Assembly: GCA_963732825.1 (NCBI GenBank)
Contig: CAVTAX010000002.1
Coordinates: 1,852,931 to 1,876,930 of the forward strand
Source of the DNA: an uncultured Actinomycetota bacterium
Lineage (GTDB): Bacteria > Actinomycetota > Actinomycetes > Streptomycetales > Streptomycetaceae
DNA length: 24,000 nt
Direction of reading: 5' to 3'
The notes under the pieces are model-generated. The model did no database searches. It was not told where the DNA came from and saw only the letters and a program-made list of their open reading frames with translations. This document shows positions 1-9,881 of the stretch, piece after piece. A program made the translations under genes and the position numbers. Position 1 is the first letter of the stretch; each line of letters opens with the position of its first letter.

Positions 1-650
1 ACCTCGGGCAGGATCCGGTTGGCGGCCTCGACCAGGACGAACCGCATGTCCTCGCGCTTGACGTTGGTGTAGTACCTGCACGCGTCGCGGGCCATGTCCT
101 CGACCTCGGCGATGGTCTCCGCACCCGCGAAGCCGCCACCCACGAAGACGAACGTCAGCGCCCTGCGCCGGACGTCCTCGTCGGCCGTGGAGTCGGCCAG
201 GTCGAGCTGCTCCAGGACGTGGTTGCGCAGGTCGACCGCTTCCTCGACGCCCTTCATGCCGATGCCGTGCTCGGCGAGGCCGGGGATCGGGAAGGTACGG
301 GAGACCGCGCCGAGCGCCACGACCAGGTAGTCGAAGGGCAGCTCGTACGACTCGCCGACGATCGGGACGATCGTGGCGACCTTGCGGTCCTGGTCGACGG
401 TCGTGACGCGGCCGGTGAGCACCTCAGCCTTCGGCAGCACGCGTCGCAGGGGGACGACGACGTGCCGCGGGGAGATGCTGCCGGCGGCCGCTTCGGGGAG
501 GAAGGGCTGATACGTCATGTACGACCGCGGGTCGACGACCGTGACGGTCGCCTCGCCGAACCGCATCTTCTTCAGGATGCGGCGCGCCGCGTACAGGCCG
601 ACGTAACCGCCGCCTACTACGAGGATTCGTGGACGCTCCGTGGTGCTCAT
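1..650 (-). CDS. ndh: Type II NADH dehydrogenase / FAD-dependent pyridine nucleotide-disulfide oxidoreductase (N-terminal ~216 aa; 3' end lies beyond the left window edge)
   Basis: The minus-strand frame is open from the ATG (rc of 648-650) to position 1, and is absent from the ORF track because no stop lies inside the window. My translation starts MSTTERPRILVVGGGYVGLYAARR (GxGxxG Rossmann motif). Further on it reads ...EDVRRRALTFVFVGGGFAGAE (second dinucleotide-binding motif, rc of ~120-180, in frame with 650). Confidence 0.85.
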   Translation of the reverse strand, partial: MSTTERPRILVVGGGYVGLYAARRILKKMRFGEATVTVVDPRSYMTYQPFLPEAAAGSISPRHVVVPLRRVLPKAEVLTGRVTTVDQDRKVATIVPIVGESYELPFDYLVVALGAVSRTFPIPGLAEHGIGMKGVEEAVDLRNHVLEQLDLADSTADEDVRRRALTFVFVGGGFAGAETIAEVEDMARDACRYYTNVKREDMRFVLVEAANRILPE

Positions 651-956
651 GCCATCGAGTATCCAGCACGCCCGGGGCACCCCCCGCTACGCCCCACCCC
701 GGGGTCCGGGCCCCCCTGTGCTACCCTGCGCGATTTCGTGATCGATTCCACAGTGCGGTACGGGAATTGTTGATCACTCCCGGTCGTTGGTTGATCTTCC
801 TCCACCGCCGTGAACAGCACGGATCCGGTACCCGTGGGGTGCCGTCCGACCCGCGGTCGGGCGACCCCGGCGCCCGCGGTCCGCAAGGGCGTTGAGCCGT
901 TCCGGCCTGCGCCGGGCCCCCGGCGACCGGAAACCGACACTCAGGGCGGGAACTTC

Positions 957-974
957 ATGTGAAGAAATTCACGA
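957..974. promoter_or_regulatory. Candidate Rex (redox-sensing repressor) operator, ATGTGAAGAAATTCACGA
   Basis: The sequence matches the actinobacterial Rex operator pattern TTGTGAA-N4-TTCACAA in the core TGTGAA-N4-TTCAC. It lies ~300 nt upstream of the ndh start, in the ndh-regulator intergenic region. Respiratory genes are known Rex targets. Confidence 0.5.
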
Positions 975-1199
975 GACTGCTCACGCGGCCCCTTCCCCAC
1001 CCCTCCTTCCCCGCGCTCAGCTGATCGCACGGGTGCTCAACAGCGTACGGCGGCTGAGGTTTTCTACGCCCTGCCGCCCGCCCCGCGCGGGCCGCATTCC
1101 CGTTCCGTGGCGGGCGGTTGGGCGTTCCGCGGGCGAACCGGGGAACCATCTTGACCAGGCGTGGACCGGGGGGTCCCACGGAAGCGGCGGCGGCGCGGG

Positions 1200-2072
1200 T
1201 CAGCGGGCGGCGCGGGCCCGGGCGATGCGGTCGGCGGACTCCTCCGGGGACAGCGCGAGCGCCCGCAGCCGGCCGAACGCCTCACGGTGCGCGGCCACCT
1301 CCGGCGACTCCTCCACGAACCCGCAGCGCGTCAGCCCCTCCACGTGCACGACGTCCAGTTCCTCCAGTCCCGCGAAGGTCAGCACGTCGAACGATCCGGC
1401 CTGCCCGGGGTGCGGGGGCGCCTCGTCGGGCAGCACCTGGAGACGGATGTTGGGCCGCCGGCCGAGCGCCAGCAGGCGGGCGAGCTGATCACGCATCACC
1501 CCTTCGCCCTCCCGGACCGCACCGGTGCGCAGCGCGGCCTCGGCCAGCACCACGCTCAGCCGCAGCGGCCGCTCGCGGGTGAGCACCGACTGCCGGGCCA
1601 GCCGGGTCTGCACCAGCGCGTCCGGATCGGCGCCGGCCTCCCCCGGCACGGCGGCGACCGCCTCACGCGCGTAGTCGGCGGTCTGCAGCAGCGCCGGCAC
1701 CGACGCGGTTCGCCAGGCCAGCACCTCCGTGGCGTCCGCCTCCAGGCTGATCAGGTCCTCCTGCTCCGGCGGGATCAGCCCGCGGTAGGGCCACCACCAG
1801 CCGCGCTGCGTGCCCTCGCGGGCCATCTCCAGCAGTGCGGCCCGCAGCGGCTCGCGCACGTCCCGCCCGATCCCGGCGTACAGGTCCAGCAACGTCCGAA
1901 CGTCGGCGGATTTCGCGGCGCTCCTGGCGTTCTCCAGCCGCGACAGCTTCGAGAACGTGAAGGCCCCGCCGGACCGATCCGAGACCTCCTCCAGCGTCAA
2001 CTCGCCCCGCAGCGACCGCAGTCGCGCGCCCAGCCGGCGCCTCCTCACCGTGCCCGCCCCGCCACCCGTCAT
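1200..2072 (-). CDS. XRE-family helix-turn-helix transcriptional regulator, WhiJ/Scr1-like (C-terminal DUF5753-type domain)
   Basis: Part of track ORF 1200..2318. The internal ATG (rc of 2070-2072) is preceded by GAGGGGG. The N-terminus RRRRLGARLRSLRGELTLEEVSDRSGGAFTFSKLSRLENA is an XRE HTH. The remainder (LLQTADYAREA..., VLPDEA...GSFDVL) resembles the Streptomyces WhiJ-type family. The 82 codons upstream of this ATG are Arg/Gly/Pro-rich and look non-coding. Confidence 0.8.
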   Translation of the reverse strand: MTGGGAGTVRRRRLGARLRSLRGELTLEEVSDRSGGAFTFSKLSRLENARSAAKSADVRTLLDLYAGIGRDVREPLRAALLEMAREGTQRGWWWPYRGLIPPEQEDLISLEADATEVLAWRTASVPALLQTADYAREAVAAVPGEAGADPDALVQTRLARQSVLTRERPLRLSVVLAEAALRTGAVREGEGVMRDQLARLLALGRRPNIRLQVLPDEAPPHPGQAGSFDVLTFAGLEELDVVHVEGLTRCGFVEESPEVAAHREAFGRLRALALSPEESADRIARARAAR

Positions 2073-2417
2073 CCCGTCCGCCCCCTCACGTCCCGGCCCC
2101 CGCCCCAGGCCCACCCCGGAACGTAAGGCTGCTCCAGCAACTTCCCCACGGCCAGCGAGCGTACCGGCCCGCGTCCCCGCACGGCGCCCGAGCACTGGCC
2201 AAGGCCGTGGGAGAGCGGTGTGCGGCCGCCGGGAGGCACCGGCCGGGCGGGCGCCGGTCCGGCCGCCGGAGAGCGCGGAGCCCCGGCGGGCGCGGCGCCA
2301 CGGGGCGCACCAGGGCACGCGGACGCCCCCGCCCGCACTCCGCCGGTACGGCTGACGGCTGTACGGCGGGCGGGGGTGCGGGGCGGGCGGCTGTACGGCG
2401 GTGGCGGGGGACCGGGG

Positions 2418-3359
2418 TCAGCGGGCGATGCCCAGGGCGATGCCGTCGAGGATGTCGTGCTCGGAGACGACGACCTCGGTGGCACCGCAGCGGTCCATCA
2501 CGGCTTCGAGGACGAGCGCGCCGGCGGTGACGACGTCGACGCGGCCGGGGTGGATGACGGGGCTGGCGGCGCGTTCCGCGTGGGTGGAGGCCAGCAGGCG
2601 GGCGGCGATCTCCCGGACGGCCTCACGGGAGACGCGGGAGTGGTGGACGCGGTCGGAGTCGTAGCTCTCCAGGCCCAGGGCGATCGCCGCGATCGTGGTG
2701 ACCGAGCCGGCCAGGCCGACCAGGGTGCGGGCCGACTCCAGCGGGACGCGGGCGGCCGCCTCGTCGAGTGCGGCGGCGATGTCGGAGCGGATCGCGGCGG
2801 CCGCCTGCCCGGTGGGCGGGTCGACGACCTCGCCGTCGCGCGCCAGGTGCCGTTCCGTCAGGCGCACGCAGCCGATGTCCACGCTGTGCCCGGCCCGCAC
2901 GGCGGTGTCACCGACCACGAACTCCGTCGAGCCGCCGCCGATGTCGACCACCAGGAACGGCCGCGGCCAGTCCGCGCCGGTCAGCCCGGCGGTGGCACCG
3001 GTGAACGACAGCCGCGCCTCCTCCTCGCCGGTGACGACCTCGGGCGTGACGCCGAGGATGTCCCGGACGCCACGGGTGAAGACCTCCCGGTTGGCGGCGT
3101 CCCGGGTGGCGGAGGTGGCGACGAACCGCACGCGTTCCGCGCCGTGGCCCTCGATGACCCGGGCGTACTCACGGCAGGCGGTGAAGGTGCGCTCCAGCGC
3201 CTCCGGGGCGAGTTCACCGGTGCGGTCCACGCCCTGGCCGAGCCGGACGATCGTCATCCGCCGGTCGAGGACGGACAGTTCACCGGTGTCCGGGTCGGCG
3301 TCGGCGACCAGCAGGCGGATGGAGTTGGTGCCGCAGTCCACGGCCGCGACGCGGGTCAC
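2418..3359 (-). CDS. ppx: Exopolyphosphatase, Ppx/GppA family
   Basis: Track ORF 2418..3512. The conserved part begins at VTRVAAVDCGTNSIRLLVAD (ASKHA phosphate-1 motif), followed by FLVVDIGGGSTEFV (phosphate-2). The GTG at rc 3357-3359 overlaps the upstream gene stop as GTGA, suggesting translational coupling. Confidence 0.9.
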   Translation of the reverse strand: MTRVAAVDCGTNSIRLLVADADPDTGELSVLDRRMTIVRLGQGVDRTGELAPEALERTFTACREYARVIEGHGAERVRFVATSATRDAANREVFTRGVRDILGVTPEVVTGEEEARLSFTGATAGLTGADWPRPFLVVDIGGGSTEFVVGDTAVRAGHSVDIGCVRLTERHLARDGEVVDPPTGQAAAAIRSDIAAALDEAAARVPLESARTLVGLAGSVTTIAAIALGLESYDSDRVHHSRVSREAVREIAARLLASTHAERAASPVIHPGRVDVVTAGALVLEAVMDRCGATEVVVSEHDILDGIALGIAR

Positions 3360-3904
3360 GCCTCCACCTCCCCGGTCCCGCCGGCCGTGCCGCACGTCCC
3401 GGCGCACGGGCCCTTGCGCCACCACCGCGGCAGCGCCGCGATCGCCTCGTCGCCCAGGGGGTTGACCCCTGGCCCTGCCGCCAGCGCGTGTCCCACCAGC
3501 ACGTGCAGGCACTTGACCCGGTCGGGCATGCCACCGGCGCTGGGGAACCCCTCCAGCACCTCGATCGCGTCACGCCGCGCGACGTAGTCCTCGTGCGCGG
3601 CGCGATAAGCCGCCGCCAGTTCCGGATCGGTGCCCAGCCGCTCCGTCATCTCCCGCATCATCCCGCCCGCCTCCAGCGTCCCGATCGCGGACGCCGCCCG
3701 CGGGCACGTCAGGTAGTACAACGTCGGGAACGGCGACCCGTCCTCCAACCGCGGCGCCGTCTCCACCACGTCCGGCAACCCGCACGGACACCGGTGCGCC
3801 ACCGCCCGCAACCCCCTGGGCACCCGCCCCAGCTGCGCCCCGACCGCAGCGACGTCATCCTCAGTGGGCGATACGGAAGCCGTGACCGGCGGTGGAGTGT
3901 CCAT
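3356..3904 (-). CDS. DUF501 domain protein (Rv1025-like)
   Basis: Track ORF 3356..4057, using the internal ATG (rc 3902-3904). The sequence ...HRCPCGLPDVVETAPRLEDGSPFPTLYYLTCPRA...VKCLHVLVGHALA is typical of the DUF501 family found between ftsB and ppx in actinobacteria. The upstream 51 codons are Arg/Trp-rich and non-coding-like. Confidence 0.85.
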   Translation of the reverse strand: MDTPPPVTASVSPTEDDVAAVGAQLGRVPRGLRAVAHRCPCGLPDVVETAPRLEDGSPFPTLYYLTCPRAASAIGTLEAGGMMREMTERLGTDPELAAAYRAAHEDYVARRDAIEVLEGFPSAGGMPDRVKCLHVLVGHALAAGPGVNPLGDEAIAALPRWWRKGPCAGTCGTAGGTGEVEA

Positions 3905-3989
3905 CCCCCCATCCTCCCAGACCCCCACCCCAACCCAGCAGCGGGAAGCCCCGCGAGGAGCGCGGACGACAACGCGCCGCAGCCACCAC

Positions 3990-4018
3990 AAGGGGCGCGA
4001 GGAACCGCGCGACCAACC
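3990..4018 (+). repeat. Copy A of a short interspersed GC-rich repeat (core AAGGGGCGCGAGGAACCGCGCGACCAACC)
   Basis: The first 28 nt are near-identical to 10179-10206 (26/28). Copy C at 19333-19360 is more diverged (about 21 of those 28 positions). All three copies are intergenic and in the same orientation. The core contains a GCGCG..CGCGC mini-hairpin. Confidence 0.7.
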
Positions 4019-4091
4019 AGAACGGCGAAGCCCCCGCGAACGGACAGCGAGCCGCACCCCAGCAGGCGGACCGGCGCACCCGTCCGGAGGA

Positions 4092-4553
4092 CTACCGCGC
4101 GTCGGTGGCGTTCACCCCGTCCCAAAGATTGTCGTACCAAGGCCGGTCCGCTCCGGAGGCCATCGCCCCGGAAGCCGTTCCCGCCACGGCGGAGCCGCCC
4201 GGCATGACGTACCCCGTCTCGCCCGGCAGGACGTAGTGCAGTTGGACGCGGGCGCGGGCCCGCACGTAGGAGGGGTCGGCCCAGCGGGCCTTCTGCTCCT
4301 TCAGCTGCTCGACGCGTCGCCGCGCCTGCTCGGCCTGGCGGCGTTGCTGGGCGATCTGCGACTGCTGGGCGATGTACTGCCGGGTGGGGTAGGCCAGGGC
4401 CACCACGAGCGCGCAGACGGTGAGGGCGAGGACGGCGGCGCGGCCGGTGAGCCGGGCGCGCCGGGTTCGGCCGGCGGCCTGGTTGACCCGGGCCTGCGCC
4501 TGCCGGCCCAGGGCCCTGAGCCGGACCGCGGTGGGGAACCGGTCGGGCGCCAC
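4092..4553 (-). CDS. divIC: Septum formation initiator, FtsB/DivIC family
   Basis: Track ORF 4092..4586. It has a single N-terminal TM segment (AAVLALTVCALVVALAYP) followed by a coiled coil (IAQQSQIAQQRRQAEQARRRVEQLKEQKARW) and ...PSYVRARARVQLHYVLPGE. I prefer the GTG at rc 4551-4553, which is preceded by GGAGGGAG. The start could instead be the TTG at 4586. Confidence 0.8.
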   Translation of the reverse strand: MAPDRFPTAVRLRALGRQAQARVNQAAGRTRRARLTGRAAVLALTVCALVVALAYPTRQYIAQQSQIAQQRRQAEQARRRVEQLKEQKARWADPSYVRARARVQLHYVLPGETGYVMPGGSAVAGTASGAMASGADRPWYDNLWDGVNATDAR

Positions 4554-4591
4554 GTCGTCTCCCTCCGTCCGGGACCGCACCCTCAAGCGGT

Positions 4592-4636
4592 CCCGCCTCC
4601 CCGCACACGGTACGGGACCGGGTGCGGGGAGGCGGG
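4592..4636 (-). terminator. Perfect 15-bp stem hairpin between eno and divIC (terminator/attenuator candidate)
   Basis: CCCGCCTCCCCGCAC (4592-4606) is the exact reverse complement of GTGCGGGGAGGCGGG (4622-4636), with a 15-nt loop. It lies 47 nt downstream of the eno stop on the minus strand. Confidence 0.5.
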
Positions 4637-4682
4637 GAGCGGGCCGGGACGCGTCACGCGGCGCGGCGGTCCGGGGGGTGCG

Positions 4683-6002
<1,320 letters not shown>

Positions 6003-6129
6003 CTAACCGCAGCCGCCCGGATCGCCGCCAGACGGTGGGGGCGTCTTTCGGGCGAAGCACCGCAATGCGCCCGCTCGGGCGGCGTGTCCGCCCCCGGCGG
6101 AATCCGGCCGGGTCCGTCCGGGGCGCGGG

Positions 6130-6173
6130 CCCGGCCGGGTCCGTCCGGGGGGAAGACGGCGGACCCGGCCGGG
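6130..6173 (-). terminator. 14-bp stem hairpin downstream of rpfA
   Basis: CCCGGCCGGGTCCG (6130-6143) pairs perfectly with CGGACCCGGCCGGG (6160-6173). It begins 17 nt after the rpfA stop on the minus strand. There is no U-tract, as is common in Streptomyces. Confidence 0.5.
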
Positions 6174-6189
6174 AGCGGGCGTTCCCGGG

Positions 6190-7052
<863 letters not shown>

Positions 7053-7412
7053 TCGTCTCCCGCCGGCCGGCGGCAGGACTCGGCGTTCCTGGCAGGCGGG
7101 GCTCGCGGTGGCGAGCGGGGACGACCTTAAGCACACGCCCCGGCGGCCCGACAAGCCGCGGCAGGACGTCCCGCACCGCCGGCCCCACCCCGCCGCGGGC
7201 CGCCGGGAACTGACGAACGCGCAGGTGGGAACGGGCCTAAGTGATCGAATCCGACCTTTGTCATGGATCATGCCGAGAGAGGTATGTCACAGCATCACCG
7301 GCACCGGGCCGGGCGTCGCGCCGCCCGGCCGGGCCTCCCGCCGGAGGCCCGGACGCGACGGAGCCCCCCCGGCCGGCCGGGGGGGCTCCTGGGCGCGGCG
7401 GGCGCCGTGGCC

Positions 7413-8339
7413 TCAGTCGAGGAGAAGGCTCTGGCCGGGGTGGATGACCCCCGGATCACCGCCGAGGACCGAGGCGTTCGCGTGGTACAGCGCCTGCCAC
7501 CCGCCCGGAACGTGGTGTTCGGCGGCGATCCGGTACAGATCCTCCCCGGGGCGGACGATATGGACGGGTTCACCGCCTTCGGAGGGTGCGCCCACTTCCG
7601 GCCGGGCGTGCGCGCCGGGGCCGGGCCGGGCCGGGGGCGTGGTGGCGTCGCCGCCGGAGGGGCCGGGGCGGGCGTGCCGTCCGGCGCCGGCGGAGGTGCC
7701 GCCGGACGCGGGGGGCGCGGACGCCGAGGGGTCGCCGGAGGGCGCGGAGGCGGAGGGGGCCGGGCTGCCGGTCGGCGCCCCGGTGGCGCCGGCCGGGGGC
7801 GGGGTGGCGGAGGCGGGCGCGGTCGGGGCGCCGGGGGCCGGGGCGGACGTGGCGGTGCCGCCGTCGGGGCCGCCGAGCAGGCCGCCGAGGATCCCGCCGA
7901 GCAGTCCGGTGCCGGGCGCCGGGGTGGCGGTGGTGGCGGGGGACGGCGACGCGGTGGCGTCGGCGGCGGTGAGGCCGGCGGTGTTGGCGCAGGCACCCCA
8001 GTACTGCGGCCCGTCGTCGGCCAGGATGCGCCGGGCGACGGTGATCTGCTGCTCGGGGGTGGCGCGTTCCGGGGTGTCGGTGTAGTCGGTGCCGCCGTTC
8101 GCGAGCCACGCGCCCTGGGTCAGGCCGAGGCCGCCGGCGAACCCGTCCGCGACGGCCGTCCAGTCCCCGCCGGTCTCGCAGGCGGCGACCCGGTCCCAGA
8201 CCGAGGCGGTCGCGGCGTGCGCGGTGCCCGCCGAGGCGATCAGCGGCAGGGCGATGCCGGCCCCGGTGGCGCCGACGGTCACCACGAATCTCGGTGCCTG
8301 GCGCGGGCGGCGGTGGCCGCCGGTCCCGGACGTGCGCAT
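7413..8339 (-). CDS. rpfC: Second Rpf-domain plus LysM secreted protein with a long Pro/Ala/Gly/Ser/Thr-rich linker
   Basis: It has a signal peptide, an Rpf-like domain (WDRVAACETGGDW...GGLGLTQGAW...QITVARRILADDGPQYWGACA), a ~150-aa low-complexity linker, and a C-terminal LysM (HIVRPGEDLYRIAAEH...VIHPGQSLLL). The symbol rests only on my memory of S. coelicolor synteny (eno-rpfA-rpfC-P450). Confidence 0.75.
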   Translation of the reverse strand: MRTSGTGGHRRPRQAPRFVVTVGATGAGIALPLIASAGTAHAATASVWDRVAACETGGDWTAVADGFAGGLGLTQGAWLANGGTDYTDTPERATPEQQITVARRILADDGPQYWGACANTAGLTAADATASPSPATTATPAPGTGLLGGILGGLLGGPDGGTATSAPAPGAPTAPASATPPPAGATGAPTGSPAPSASAPSGDPSASAPPASGGTSAGAGRHARPGPSGGDATTPPARPGPGAHARPEVGAPSEGGEPVHIVRPGEDLYRIAAEHHVPGGWQALYHANASVLGGDPGVIHPGQSLLLD

Positions 8340-8473
8340 GGCGTGCCTCTCGTAGACGGCTGGTTGGCGGGGAGCGTAGCCCGCCCCGGGCCGCCGTAAC
8401 AGCCTGATGTAGCAAGGATCACGCCGCGATCACGTATCTGACGCGACGTCAGGCGCGGCCTGTGGCACGGCGG

Positions 8474-9691
8474 TCAGCGCAACGTCACCGGCAGTTCCCG
8501 CAGGCCCCGCATGATCAGACCGCCGCGCCGGCGCAAGTCGGCCGGATCCGCCGCCAGTCGCAGGCCGGGGAAACGGGTCAGAAGCCGTTCGAAGGCGATC
8601 CGGCCCTCCATGCGGGCCAGCGGCGCACCGACGCAGTAGTGGATGCCGTGGCCGAAACCCAGGTGCGGGTTGTCGCGCCGGGCGAGGTCGAGGCGGTCGG
8701 CGTCCGGCCCGAAACGCGCCGGGTCACGGTCGGCGGCGGCCAGCACCACCAGCACCGGTTCACCGGCCCGGATCCGCTGCCCGCCGATCTCCAGGGCCGC
8801 GGTGGCGTACCGCCAGGTGGCCAGTTCCACCGGCCCGTCCCAGCGCAGCAGTTCCTCCACGGCCACCCCGAGCGCCTCCCGGTCGCCGCGTTCCACCGCG
8901 CCGCGCACCAGGGCCAGCCGCAGCGGGTCGCGCAGCAGCGCGTACATCCCGTTGCCCACCAGGTTGATGGTGGTCTCGAAGCCGGCGAACAGCAGGATGA
9001 ACGCCATCGCCGCCGCCTCGTTCTCCGTGAGGTGCTCGCCGTGGTCGCAGGCGCGGATGAGGCCGGAGATGAGGTCGTCGCCGAGGTCGGCGCGCTTGCG
9101 GTGGATGAGTTCCAGCAGGTAGCCGCGCATCCTCTTCACCGCGCGCGCGACCCCGCCGCGCGGTCCGCCGCGGTGCCGGATCATCGCGCCGGCCCAGTCG
9201 CGGAAGTCGTCCTGGTCGGCGGTCGGCACGCCCAGCAGGTCGCAGATCGCGTAGATGGGCAGCGGGAAGGCGAACTCGTGGATGAGTTCGGCCTCCTGAC
9301 GGCCCGCGAAGGCGCCGATGAGCCGGTCGGCGAGTGCCACCACGCGTGGTTCGAACGCGGCCACCCGGCGCGGGGTGAACGCGGCCGAGACCAGGCGGCG
9401 CAGCCGGGTGTGGTCGGGCGGGTCGATGTTGAGCAGATGCGTCATCAGATCGGCGCCGCGTTCCCCGGGGATGCCGGTGCGGCCCTTGGCGTGCGCGCCC
9501 TCGCCGTGGTGCGCCGGGTTCTTGCTCAGCCGCGGATCGGCCAGCGCCGCCCGGGCGTCGGCGTACCGGGTCACCAGCCAGGCGTCCACCCCGCTGGGCA
9601 GCGTGGTGCGGCGCACCGGCGCGTGCTCGCGCAGCCACGCGTACGCCGGATAGGGGTCGGCGGCGAACTCCCACGTGAACAACTCGGGCAT
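8474..9691 (-). CDS. Cytochrome P450 monooxygenase (CYP107-like)
   Basis: This is the C-terminal 405 codons of the 862-aa track ORF 8474..11062, taking the ATG at rc 9689-9691 (MPELFTWEFAADPYPAYAWLREHAPV). It carries the I-helix AGFETT, an ExxR motif (VEELLR) and the heme loop FGHGIHYCVGAPLA. An alternative GTG lies 24 nt upstream. The remaining upstream 450+ codons are Arg/Pro/Gly junk read through other genes. Confidence 0.9.
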   Translation of the reverse strand: MPELFTWEFAADPYPAYAWLREHAPVRRTTLPSGVDAWLVTRYADARAALADPRLSKNPAHHGEGAHAKGRTGIPGERGADLMTHLLNIDPPDHTRLRRLVSAAFTPRRVAAFEPRVVALADRLIGAFAGRQEAELIHEFAFPLPIYAICDLLGVPTADQDDFRDWAGAMIRHRGGPRGGVARAVKRMRGYLLELIHRKRADLGDDLISGLIRACDHGEHLTENEAAAMAFILLFAGFETTINLVGNGMYALLRDPLRLALVRGAVERGDREALGVAVEELLRWDGPVELATWRYATAALEIGGQRIRAGEPVLVVLAAADRDPARFGPDADRLDLARRDNPHLGFGHGIHYCVGAPLARMEGRIAFERLLTRFPGLRLAADPADLRRRGGLIMRGLRELPVTLR

Positions 9692-9881
9692 CGGGGGCGG
9701 GGAGGTGTCGTGCACCCCACGACGGTACCGCCGCCCGCTCCCCACCGGCCGGCAACCGCGGACGGGGTCCGCCGCGTCTCCCCCTATGATCGGGCCGTTC
9801 CGCCCAAGGGCCGCCCACGCCCTGCCGGTTGGGGCCCGGTGCATCCACCGCCACCCGGCGACCAGAGCGAAGGAGTAGACG

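Noticed and set aside
955-1285. Candidate DUF397/BldB-like partner ORFs downstream of the WhiJ-like regulator (955..1179 -, 1064..1285 -)
   Set aside because: The translations lack the W(R/K)KSS(Y/F)S...CVEV signature and are Arg/Pro/Gly-rich. One of them overlaps the 3' end of the regulator gene out of frame.
7263-8415. Pro/Arg/Gly-rich ORFs overlapping the second rpf gene (7295..7996 -, 7263..8399 +, 7570..8415 -, 7586..7972 +)
   Set aside because: They are alternative frames of the low-complexity linker region of the Rpf/LysM gene. Only the 7413..8339 frame has a signal peptide plus Rpf and LysM domains.
9785-9790. TATGAT as a -10 promoter element for the small repeat ORF
   Set aside because: It fits the Streptomyces TAnnnT pattern and lies ~90 nt upstream of the GTG. 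No convincing -35 is present at 17-nt spacing, and a single hexamer is not enough to call a promoter.
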